Shown: positions 35,788-48,400 of the stretch, piece by piece
Layout of the letters: every line of letters starts with the position of its first letter
How positions within the stretch are numbered: position 1 is the stretch's first letter
From: Eledone cirrhosa
Taxonomy: Eukaryota
DNA: 64,000 bases
Reading direction: 5' to 3'
Assembly (NCBI GenBank): GCA_964016885.1
Contig: OZ024740.1
Coordinates: 418,934,001-418,998,000 of the forward strand
Made by a program: the position numbers and the translations under genes
The notes under the pieces: model-generated
Seen by the model: the letters and a program-made list of their open reading frames with translations, nothing else
The model's database searches: none
What the model was told of the DNA's origin: nothing

Positions 35788-35830
<43 letters not shown>
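35615..35830 (+). mobile_element. RTE LINE (second subfamily) 3' end with (ATG)n tail
   Basis: MPVEGRPQKTWMEVVRADL...DHDRWRDAV followed by (ATG)n. Confidence 0.8.
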
Positions 35831-35832
<2 letters not shown>

Positions 35833-36466
35833 ATCAACAAACATCATGTGTACGTAACTAATCTTTCAAACTTTTACAAAGACTATTCTATTAACTATTT
35901 TATAGTATCTATGTGCATGAGCATATCATTCTTTATATTAACTTTATCTTCTCAGCTCTTTGTAAGAATCCAGGATATCAGTTACATATACATGATAGAG
36001 GGATATTTCAAGGAGACACCCTCTCTCCATTCCTCTTCTGTTTGGCATTGTCACCATTATTTGAAATACAAAACTAGACTGGGTGGATATAAATGTTATG
36101 GCTAGAAAATTAACCATCTCCTGTTAAAAGAGGATTTAAAGCTGTACATTGCAGATGAGAGACAAATTGAAACACTGCAATATACCGTATAAAACAGTAA
36201 TTCTCAGAAAACATTAGATACTTTATGTAAAGTTTGTATATTGAATAATATATGATATGTTTACGAATAAACATCTAAAAGCTTTTAGCTATGCATTTTA
36301 AAGGTGATGACTGATGTTATTTACCTTGTTCCAGAAGGAGCAAGGGGGAAGCAACCAACAGCACTGTTTCTGGCTGTATGGCTGTTTTCCTAGCTTTATA
36401 CTAGAACTCATACTTTTTATCCCTTTTAATGAAGAAAATGTTCAAGTGCATCTTTGACACCAGGTG

Positions 36467-39400
36467 AGTTCTCACTCAACCTAACTGAAGTTCTAACCCA
36501 ACCTAACTGTTGTGTTCTCATCCAATCTAACTGTTGTGTTCTCACCCAACCTAACTGAAGCTCTCACCCAACCTAACTGTTGTGTTCTCATCCAATCTAA
36601 CTGTTGTGTTCTCACCCAACCTAACTGAAGTTCTCACCCAACCTAACTGTTGTGTTCTCATCCAACCTAACTGAAGTTCTCACCCAACCTAACTGTTGTG
36701 TTCTCATCCAACCTAACTGAAGTTCTCACCCAACCTAACTGTTGTGTTCTCATCCAACCTAACTGAAGTTCTCTCCCAACCTAACTGTTGTGTTCTCACC
36801 CAACCTAACTGTTGTGTTCTCACCAAACCTAACTGTTGTGTTCTCATCCAACCTAACTGAAGTTCTCACCCAACCTAACTGTTGTGTTCTCATCCAACCT
36901 AACTGAAGTTCCACCCAACCTAACTGTTGTGTTCTCATCCAACCTAACTGAAGTTCTCATCCAACATAACTGAAGTTCTCACCCAACCTAACTGTTGTGT
37001 TCTCACCAAACCTAACTGTTGTGTTCTCACCAAACCTAACTGAAGTTCTCATCCAACCTAACTGTTGTGTTCTCACCCAACCTAACTGTTGTGTTCTCAC
37101 CAAACCTAACTGAAGTTCTCACCCAACCTAACTGAAGTTCTCACCCAACCTAACTGTTGTGTTCTCACCAAACCTAACTGAAGTTCTCACCCAACCTAAC
37201 TGAAGTTCTCACCCAACCTAACTGAAGTTCTCACCCAACCTAACTGAAGTTCTCATCCAACCTAACTGAAGTTCTCATCCAACCTAACTGTTGTGTTCTC
37301 ATCCAACCTAACTGTTGTGTTCTCATCCAACCTAACTGTTGTGTTCTCATCCAACCTAACTGTTGTGTTCTCATCCAACCTAACTGTTGTGTTCTCATCC
37401 AACCTAACTGAAGTTCTCACCCAACCTAACTGAAGTTCTAACCCAACCTAACTGTTGTGTTCTCATCCAACCTAACTGTTGTGTTCTCATGCAAACTAAC
37501 TGTTGTGTTCTCATCCAACCTAACTGTTGTGTTCTCACCCAACCTAACTGTTGTGTTCTCACCCAACCTAACTGAAGTTCTCACCCAACCTAACTGTTGT
37601 GTTCTCACCCAACCTAACTGTTGTGTTCTCACCAAACCTAACTGTTGTGTTCTCATCCAACATAACTGAAGTTCTCACCCAACCTAACTGTTGTGTTCTC
37701 ACCCAACCTAACTGTTGTGTTCTCACCAAACCTAACTGAAGTTCTCACCCAACCTAACTGAAGTTCTCACCCAACCTAACTGAAGTTCTCATCCAACCTA
37801 ACTGTTGTGTTCTCACCCAACCTAACTGTTGTGTTCTCACCAAACCTAACTGAAGTTCTCACCCAACCTAACTGAAGTTCTCACCCAACCTAACTGAAGT
37901 TCTCATCCAACCTAACTGTTGTGTTCTCATCCAACCTAACTGTTGTGTTCTCATCCAACCTAACTGTTGTGTTCTCATCCAACCTAACTGTTGTGTTCTC
38001 ATCCAACCTAACTGAAGTTCTCACCCAACCTAACTGAAGTTCTCATCCAACCTAACTGTTGTGTTCTCATCCAACCTAACTGATGTGTTCTCATCCAACC
38101 TAACTGTTGTGTTATCATCCAACCTAACTGAAGTTCTCATCCAACCTAACTGTTGTGTTCTCACCCAACCTAACTGTTGTGTTCTCACCAAACCTAACTG
38201 AAGTTCTCACCCAACCTAACTGAAGTTCTCACCCAACCTAACTGAAGTTCTCATCCAACCTAACTGTTGTGTTCTCATCCAACCTAACTGTTGTGTTCTC
38301 ATCCAACCTAACTGTTGTGTTCTCATCCAACCTAACTGTTGTGTTCTCATCCAACCTAACTGAAGTTCTCACCCAACCTAACTGAAGTTCTCATCCAACC
38401 TAACTGTTGTGTTCTCATCCAACCTAACTGATGTGTTCTCATCCAACCTAACTGTTGTGTTCTCATCCAACCTAACTGAAGTTCTCACCCAACCTAACTG
38501 TTGCGTTCTCATCCAACCTAACTGTTGTGTTCTCACCCAACCTAACTGTTGTGTTCTCATCCAACCTAACTGTTGTGTTCTCATCCAACCTAACTGAAGT
38601 TCTCACCCAACCTAACTGTTGCGTTCTCATCCAACCTAACTGATGTGTTCTCATCCAACCAAACTGTTGTGTTCTCACCCAACCTAACTGATGTGTTCTC
38701 ATCCAACCTAACTGTTGTGTTCTCATCCAACCTAACTGATGTGTTCTCATCCAACCTAACTGTTGTGTTCTCATCCAACCTAACTGTTGTGTTCTCATCC
38801 AACCTAACTGTTGTGTTCTCATCCAACCTAACTGTTGTGTTCTCATCCAACCTAACTGAAGTTCTCACCCAACCTAACTGTTGCGTTCTCATCCAACCTA
38901 ACTGTTGTGTTCTCACCCAACCTAACTGAAGTTCTCACCCAACCTAACTGTTGTGTTCTCATACAACCTAACTGTTGTGTTCTTACCCAACCTAACTGAA
39001 GTTCTCACCCAACCTAACTGTTGTGTTCTCATCCAACCTAACTGAAGTTCTCACACAACCTAACTGTTGTGTTCTCACCCAACCTAACTGTTGTGTTCTC
39101 ACCCAACCTAACTGTTGTGTTCTCACCCAACCTAACTGTTGTGTTCTCACCCAACCTAACTGTTGTGTTCTCACCCAACCTAACTGAAGTTCTCACCCAA
39201 CCTAACAGAAGTTCTCATCCAACCTAACTATTGTGTTCTCATCCAACCTAATTGAAGTTCTCACCCAACCTAACTGTTGTGTTCTCACCCAACCTAACTG
39301 TTGTGTTCTCATCCAACCTAACTGTTGTGTTCTCATCCAACCTAACTGAAGTTCTCACCCAACCTAACTGTTGTGTTCTCACCCAACCTAACTGTTGTGT

Positions 39401-42400
39401 TCTCATCCAACCTAACTGTTGTGTTCTCACCCAACCTAACTGTTGTGTTCTCACCCAACCTAAATGTTGTGTTCTCATCCAACCTAACTGTTGTGTTCTC
39501 ATCCAACCTAAGTGAAGTTCTCACCCAACCTAACTGTTGTGTTCTCAGCCAACCTAACTCTTGTGTTCTGACCCAACCTAACTGAAGTTCTCTCCCAACC
39601 TAACTGAAGTTCTCACCCAACCTAACTGTTGTGTTCTCACCCAACCTAACTGAAGTTCTCACCCAACCTAACTTTTGTGTTCTCACCCAACCTAACTGAA
39701 GTTCTCACCCAACCTAACTGTTGTGTTATCATCCAACCTAACTGTTGTGTTCTCACCCAGCCTAACTGAAGTTCTCACCTAACCTAACTGTTGTGTTCTC
39801 ACCCAACCTAACTGTTGTGTTCTCATCCAACCTAACTGTTGTGTTCTCATCCAACCTAACTGTTGTGTTCTCATGCAACCTAACTGTTGTGTTCTCATCC
39901 AACCTAACTGAAGTTCTCACCCAACCTAACTGTTGTGTTCTCATCCAACCTAACTGTTGTGTTCTCATCCAACCTAACTGTTGTGTTCTCATCCAACCTA
40001 ACTGTTGTGTTCTCATCCAACCTAACTGTTGTGTTCTCATCCAACCTAACTGTTGTGTTCTCATCCAACCTATCTGTTGTGTTCTCACCCAACCTAACTG
40101 AAGTTCTCACCCAACCTAACTGTTGTGTTCTCATCCAACCTAACTGTTGTGTTCTCATCCAACCTAACTGTTGTGTTCTCATCCAACCTAACTGTTGTGT
40201 TCTCATCCAACCTAACTGTTGTGTTCTCACCCAACCTAACTGTTGTGTTCTCATCCAACCTAACTGTTGTGTTCTCATCCAACCTAACTGTTGTGTTCTC
40301 ACCCAACCTAACTGAAGTTCTCACCCAACCTAACTGTTGTGTTCTCACCCAACCTAACTGTTGTGTTCTCATCCAACCTAACTGTTGTGTTCTCATCCAA
40401 CCTAACTGTTGTGTTCTCACCCAACCTAACTGAAGTTCTCACCCAACCTAACTGTTGTGTTCTCACCCAACCTAACTGTTGTGTTCTCACCCAGCCTAAC
40501 TGAAGTTCTCACCTAACCTAACTGTTGTGTTCTCACCCAACCTAACTGTTGTGTTCTCACCCAACCTAACTGAAGTTCTCACCCAACCTAACTGTTGTGT
40601 TCTCATCCAACCTAACTTTTGTGTTCTCATCCAACCTAACTGTTGTGTTCTCATCCAACCTAACTGTTGTGTTCTCACCCAACCTAACTGTTGTGTTCTC
40701 ACCCAACCTAACTGTTGTGTTCTCATCCAACCTAACTGTTGTGTTCTCATCCAACCTAACTGTTGTGTTCTCACCCAACCTAACTGAAGTTCTCACCCAA
40801 CCTAACTGTTGTGTTCTCACCCAACCTAACTGTTGTGTTCTCACCCAGCCTAACTGAAGTTCTCACCTAACCTAACTGTTGTGTTCTCACCCAACCTAAC
40901 TGTTGTGTTCTCACCCAACCTAACTGAAGTTCTCACCCAACCTAACTGTTGTGTTCTCACCCAACCTAACTGTTGTGTTCTCACCCAGCCTAACTGAAGT
41001 TCTCACCTAACCTAACTGTTGTGTTCTCACCCAACCTAACTGTTGTGTTCTCACCCAACCTAACTGTTGTGTTCTCATCCAACCTAACTGTTGTGTTCTC
41101 ACCCAACCTAACTGTTGTGTTCTCACCTAACCTAACTGTTGTGTTCTCATCCAACCTAACTGTTGTGTTCTCATCCAACCTAACTGTTGTGTTCTCATCC
41201 AACCTAACTGTTGTGTTCTCATCCAACCTAACTGTTGTGTTCTCATCCAACCTAACTGTTGTGTTCTCACCCAACCTAACTGTTGTGTTCTCACCCAACC
41301 TAACTGAAGTTCTCACCCAACCTAACAGAAGTTCTCATCCAACCTAACTATTGTGTTCTCATCCAACCTAACTATTGTGTTCTCATCCAACCTAACTGTT
41401 GTGTTCTCATCCAACCTAACTGTTGTGTTCTCATCCAACATAACTGAAGTTCTCACCCAACCTAACTGAAGTTCTCACCCAACCTAACTGTTGTGTTCTC
41501 ACCCAACCTAACTGTTGTGTTCTCATCCAACCTAACTGTTGTGTTCTCATCCAACCTAACTGTTGTGTTCTCATCCAACCTAACTGTTGTGTTCTCACCC
41601 AACCTAACTGAAGTTCTCACCCAACCTAACTGTTGTGTTCTCAGCCAACCTAACTCTTGTGTTCTGACCCAACCTAACTGTTGTGTTCTCACCCAACCTA
41701 ACTGAAGTTCTCTCCCAACCTAACTGAAGTTCTCACCCAACCTAACTGTTGTGTTCTCACCCAACCTAACTGTTGTGTTCTCATCTAACCTGAACTGTTG
41801 TGTTCTTATCCAATCTAAATGTTGTGTTCTTATCCAACCTAACTGTTGTGTTCTCACCCAACCTAACTGAAGTTCTCACCCAACCTAACTTTTGTGTTCT
41901 CATCCAACCTAACTGTTGTGTTCTCATCCAACCTAACTGTTGTGTTCTCACCCAGCCTAACTGAAGTTCTCACCTAACCTAACTGTTGTGTTCTCAACCA
42001 ACCTAACTGTTGTGTTCTCATCCAACCTAACTGTTGTGTTCTCATCCAACCTAACTGTTGTGTTCTCATCCAACCTAACTGATGTGTTCTCACCCAACCT
42101 AACTGTTGTGTTCTCATCCAACCTAACTGTTGTGTTCTCATCCAACCTAACTGTTGTGTTCTCATCCAACCTAACTGTTGTGTTCTCATCCAACCTAACT
42201 GTTGTGTTCTCACCAAACCTAACTGAAGTTCTCACCCAACCTAACTGTTGTGTTCTCACCCAACCTAACTGTTGTGTTCTCATCCAACCTAACTGTTGTG
42301 TTCTCACCCAACCTAACTGTTGTGTTCTCATCCAACCTAACTGATGTGTTCTCACCCAACCGAACTGTTGTGTTCTCATCCAACCTAACTGTTGTGTTCT

Positions 42401-45400
42401 CACCCAACCTAACTGAAGTTCTCACCAAACCTAACTGTTGTGTTCTCACCCAACCTAACTGTTGTGTTCTCATCCAACCTAACTGTTGTGTTCTCACCCA
42501 ACCTAACTGTTGTGTTCTCATCCAACCTAACTGTTGTGTTCTCATCCAACCTAACTGTTGTGTTCTCATCCAACCTAACTGAAGTTCTCACGAAACCTAA
42601 CTGTTGTGTTCTCACCCAACCTAACTGTTGTGTTCTCACCCAACCTAACTGTTGTGCTCTCACCCAACCTAACTGTTGTGTTCTCATCCAACCTAACTGT
42701 TGTGTTCTCACCCAACCTAACTGTTGTGTTCTCATCCAACCTAACTGTTGTGTTCTCACCCAACCTAACTGTTGTGTTCTCATCCAACCTAACTGTTGTG
42801 TTCTCACCCAGCCTAACTGAAGTTCTCACCCAACCTAACTGTTGTGTTCTCACCCAACCTAACTGTTGTGTTCTCATCCAACCTAACTGTTGTGTTCTCA
42901 CCCAACCTAACTGTTGTGTTCTCACCCAACCTAACTGTTGTGTTCTCATCCAACCTAACTGTTGTGTTCTCACCCAACCTAACTGTTGTGTTCTCACCCA
43001 ACCTAACTGTTGTGTTCTCATCCAACCTAACTGATGTGTTCTCACCCAACCTAACTGTTGTGTTCTCATCCAACCTAACTGTTGTGTTCTCATCCAACCT
43101 AACTGTTGTGTTCTCACCCAACCTAACTGTTGTGTTCTCATCCAACCTAACTGTTGTGTTCTCATCCAACCTAACTGTTGTGTTCTCATCCAACCTAACT
43201 GATGTGTTCTCACCCAACCTAACTGTTGTGTTCTCATCCAACCTAACTGTTGTGTTCTCATCCAACCTAACTGTTGTGTTCTCACCCAACCTAACTGTTG
43301 TGTTCTCACCCAACCTAACTGTTGTGTTCTCATCCAACCTAACTGTTGTGTTCTCACCCAACCTAACTGTTGTGTTCTCATCCAACCTAACTGTTGTGTT
43401 CTCATCCAACCTAACTGATGTGTTCTCACCCAACCTAACTGTTGTGTTCTCACCCAACCTAACTGTTGTGTTCTCACCCAACCTAACTGTTGTGTTCTCA
43501 TCCAACCTAACTGATGTGTTCTCACCCAACCTAACTGTTGTGTTCTCATCCAACCTAACTGTTGTGTTCTCATCCAACCTAACTGTTGTGTTCTCATCCA
43601 ACCTAACTGTTGTATTCTCACCCAACCTAACTGTTGTGTTCTCATCCAACCTAACTGTTGTGTTCTCATCCAACCTAACTGTTGTGTTCTCATCCAACCT
43701 AACTGTTGTGTTCTCATCCAACCTAACTGTTGTGTTCTCATCCAACCTAACTGTTGTGTTCTCATCCAACCTAACTGTTGTGTTCTCATCCAACCTAACT
43801 GTTGTGTTCTCACCCAACCTAACTGTTGTGTTCTCATCCAACCTAACTGTTGTGTTCTCATCCAACCTAACTGTTGTGTTCTCATCCAACCTAACTGTTG
43901 TGTTCTCACCCAACCTAACTGTTGTGTTCTCATCCAACCTAACTGTTGTGTTCTCATCCAACCTAACTGTTGTGTTCTCATCCAACCTAACTGTTGTGTT
44001 CTCACCCAACCTAACTGAAGTTCTCACCCAACCTAACTGTTGTGTTCTCACCCAACCTAACTGTTGTGTTCTCACCCAGCCTAACTGAAGTTCTCACCTA
44101 ACCTAACTGTTGTGTTCTCACCCAACCTAACTGTTGTGTTCTCACCCAACCTAACTGAAGTTCTCACCCAACCTAACTGTTGTGTTCTCACCCAACCTAA
44201 CTGTTGTGTTCTCACCCAGCCTAACTGAAGTTCTCACCTAACCTAACTGTTGTGTTCTCACCCAACCTAACTGTTGTGTTCTCACCCAACCTAACTGTTG
44301 TGTTCTCATCCAACCTAACTGTTGTGTTCTCACCCAACCTAACTGTTGTGTTCTCACCTAACCTAACTGTTGTGTTCTCATCCAACCTAACTGTTGTGTT
44401 CTCATCCAACCTAACTGTTGTGTTCTCATCCAACCTAACTGTTGTGTTCTCATCCAACCTAACTGTTGTGTTCTCATCCAACCTAACTGTTGTGTTCTCA
44501 CCCAACCTAACTGTTGTGTTCTCACCCAACCTAACTGAAGTTCTCACCCAACCTAACAGAAGTTCTCATCCAACCTAACTATTGTGTTCTCATCCAACCT
44601 AACTATTGTGTTCTCATCCAACCTAACTGTTGTGTTCTCATCCAACCTAACTGTTGTGTTCTCATCCAACATAACTGAAGTTCTCACCCAACCTAACTGA
44701 AGTTCTCACCCAACCTAACTGTTGTGTTCTCACCCAACCTAACTGTTGTGTTCTCATCCAACCTAACTGTTGTGTTCTCATCCAACCTAACTGTTGTGTT
44801 CTCATCCAACCTAACTGTTGTGTTCTCACCCAACCTAACTGAAGTTCTCACCCAACCTAACTGTTGTGTTCTCAGCCAACCTAACTCTTGTGTTCTGACC
44901 CAACCTAACTGTTGTGTTCTCACCCAACCTAACTGAAGTTCTCTCCCAACCTAACTGAAGTTCTCACCCAACCTAACTGTTGTGTTCTCACCCAACCTAA
45001 CTGTTGTGTTCTCATCTAACCTGAACTGTTGTGTTCTTATCCAATCTAAATGTTGTGTTCTTATCCAACCTAACTGTTGTGTTCTCACCCAACCTAACTG
45101 AAGTTCTCACCCAACCTAACTTTTGTGTTCTCATCCAACCTAACTGTTGTGTTCTCATCCAACCTAACTGTTGTGTTCTCACCCAGCCTAACTGAAGTTC
45201 TCACCTAACCTAACTGTTGTGTTCTCAACCAACCTAACTGTTGTGTTCTCATCCAACCTAACTGTTGTGTTCTCATCCAACCTAACTGTTGTGTTCTCAT
45301 CCAACCTAACTGATGTGTTCTCACCCAACCTAACTGTTGTGTTCTCATCCAACCTAACTGTTGTGTTCTCATCCAACCTAACTGTTGTGTTCTCATCCAA

Positions 45401-48400
45401 CCTAACTGTTGTGTTCTCATCCAACCTAACTGTTGTGTTCTCACCAAACCTAACTGAAGTTCTCACCCAACCTAACTGTTGTGTTCTCACCCAACCTAAC
45501 TGTTGTGTTCTCATCCAACCTAACTGTTGTGTTCTCACCCAACCTAACTGTTGTGTTCTCATCCAACCTAACTGATGTGTTCTCACCCAACCGAACTGTT
45601 GTGTTCTCATCCAACCTAACTGTTGTGTTCTCACCCAACCTAACTGAAGTTCTCACCAAACCTAACTGTTGTGTTCTCACCCAACCTAACTGTTGTGTTC
45701 TCATCCAACCTAACTGTTGTGTTCTCACCCAACCTAACTGTTGTGTTCTCATCCAACCTAACTGTTGTGTTCTCATCCAACCTAACTGTTGTGTTCTCAT
45801 CCAACCTAACTGAAGTTCTCACGAAACCTAACTGTTGTGTTCTCACCCAACCTAACTGTTGTGTTCTCACCCAACCTAACTGTTGTGCTCTCACCCAACC
45901 TAACTGTTGTGTTCTCATCCAACCTAACTGTTGTGTTCTCACCCAACCTAACTGTTGTGTTCTCATCCAACCTAACTGTTGTGTTCTCACCCAACCTAAC
46001 TGTTGTGTTCTCATCCAACCTAACTGTTGTGTTCTCACCCAGCCTAACTGAAGTTCTCACCCAACCTAACTGTTGTGTTCTCACCCAACCTAACTGTTGT
46101 GTTCTCATCCAACCTAACTGTTGTGTTCTCACCCAACCTAACTGTTGTGTTCTCACCCAACCTAACTGTTGTGTTCTCATCCAACCTAACTGTTGTGTTC
46201 TCACCCAACCTAACTGTTGTGTTCTCACCCAACCTAACTGTTGTGTTCTCATCCAACCTAACTGATGTGTTCTCACCCAACCTAACTGTTGTGTTCTCAT
46301 CCAACCTAACTGTTGTGTTCTCATCCAACCTAACTGTTGTGTTCTCACCCAACCTAACTGTTGTGTTCTCATCCAACCTAACTGTTGTGTTCTCATCCAA
46401 CCTAACTGTTGTGTTCTCATCCAACCTAACTGATGTGTTCTCACCCAACCTAACTGTTGTGTTCTCATCCAACCTAACTGTTGTGTTCTCATCCAACCTA
46501 ACTGTTGTGTTCTCACCCAACCTAACTGTTGTGTTCTCACCCAACCTAACTGTTGTGTTCTCATCCAACCTAACTGTTGTGTTCTCACCCAACCTAACTG
46601 TTGTGTTCTCATCCAACCTAACTGTTGTGTTCTCATCCAACCTAACTGATGTGTTCTCACCCAACCTAACTGTTGTGTTCTCACCCAACCTAACTGTTGT
46701 GTTCTCACCCAACCTAACTGTTGTGTTCTCATCCAACCTAACTGATGTGTTCTCACCCAACCTAACTGTTGTGTTCTCATCCAACCTAACTGTTGTGTTC
46801 TCATCCAACCTAACTGTTGTGTTCTCATCCAACCTAACTGTTGTATTCTCACCCAACCTAACTGTTGTGTTCTCATCCAACCTAACTGTTGTGTTCTCAT
46901 CCAACCTAACTGTTGTGTTCTCATCCAACCTAACTGTTGTGTTCTCATCCAACCTAACTGTTGTGTTCTCATCCAACCTAACTGTTGTGTTCTCATCCAA
47001 CCTAACTGTTGTGTTCTCATCCAACCTAACTGTTGTGTTCTCACCCAACCTAACTGTTGTGTTCTCATCCAACCTAACTGTTGTGTTCTCATCCAACCTA
47101 ACTGTTGTGTTCTCATCCAACCTAACTGTTGTGTTCTCACCCAACCTAACTGTTGTGTTCTCATCCAACCTAACTGTTGTGTTCTCATCCAACCTAACTG
47201 TTGTGTTCTCATCCAACCTAACTGTTGTGTTCTCACCCAACCTAACTGTTGTGTTCTCATCCAACCTAACTGTTGTGTTCTCATCCAACCTAACTGTTGT
47301 GTTCTCATCCAACCTAACTGTTGTGTTCTCATCCAACCTAACTGTTGTGTTCTCATCCAACCTAACTGTTGTGTTCTCATCCAACCTAACTGAAGTTCTC
47401 ACCCAACCTATCTGTTGTGTTCTCATCCAACCTAACTGTTGTGTTCTCATCCAACCTAACTGAAGTTCTCACCCAACCTAACTGTTGTGTTATCATCCAA
47501 CCTAACTGTTGTGTTATCATCCAACCTAACTGTTGTGTTCTCATCCAACCTAACTGATGTGTTCTCACCCAACCTAACTGTTGTGTTCTCACCCAACCTA
47601 ACTGTTGTGTTCTCATCCAACCTAACTGTTGTGTTCTCATCCAACCTAACTGAAGTTCTCACCCAACCTAACTGTTGTGTTCTCACCCAACCTAACTGTT
47701 GTGTTCTCATCCAACCTAACTGAAGTTCTCATCCAACCTAACTGTTGTGTTCTCACCCAACCTAACTGAAGTTCTCATCCAACCTAACTGTTGTGTTCTC
47801 ACCCAACCTAACTGAAGTTCTCATCCAACCTAACTGTTGTGTTCTCACCCAACCTAACTGAAGTTCTCACCCAACCTAACTGTTGTGTTCTCACCCAACC
47901 TAACTGAAGTTCTCATCCAACCTAACTGTTGTGTTCTCACCCAACCTAACTGAAGTTCTCACCCAACCTAACTGTTGTGTTCTCACCCAACCTAACTGAA
48001 GTTCTCATCCAACCTAACTGTTGTGTTCTCACCCAACCTAACTCTTGTGTTCTGACCCAACCTAACTGAAGTTCTCTCCCAACCTAACTGAAGTTCTCAC
48101 CCAACCTAACTGTTGTGTTCTCATCTAACCTGAACTGTTGTGTTCTTATCCAATCTAAATGTTGTGTTCTTATCCAACCTAACTGCTGTGTTCTCACCCA
48201 ACCTAACTGAAGTTCTCACCCAACCTAACTGTTATGTTCTCATCCAACCTAACTGTTGTGTTCTCACCCAACCTAACTGAAGTTCTCACCCAACCTAACT
48301 GTTGTGTTATCATCCAACATAACTGTTGTGTTATCATCCAACCTAACTGTTGTGTTCTCACCCAGCCTAACTGAAGTTCTCACCTAACCTAACTGTTGTG

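Larger units (their letters stand above)
31130..36195 (+). pseudogene. Fossil R4/Dong-type (RLE-class) LINE reverse transcriptase, split by a minisatellite and insertions
   Basis: 31142: GCCKGSYGCKDQLLINKALTENC / NLSMIWIN*KVF..VPH. About 34842: INNVGPTINIFIKHVMRNWQTVL..AEPILI. 35997: RGIFQGDTLSPFLFCLALSPL / GYKCYG*KINHLL...DLKLY. Confidence 0.82.
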
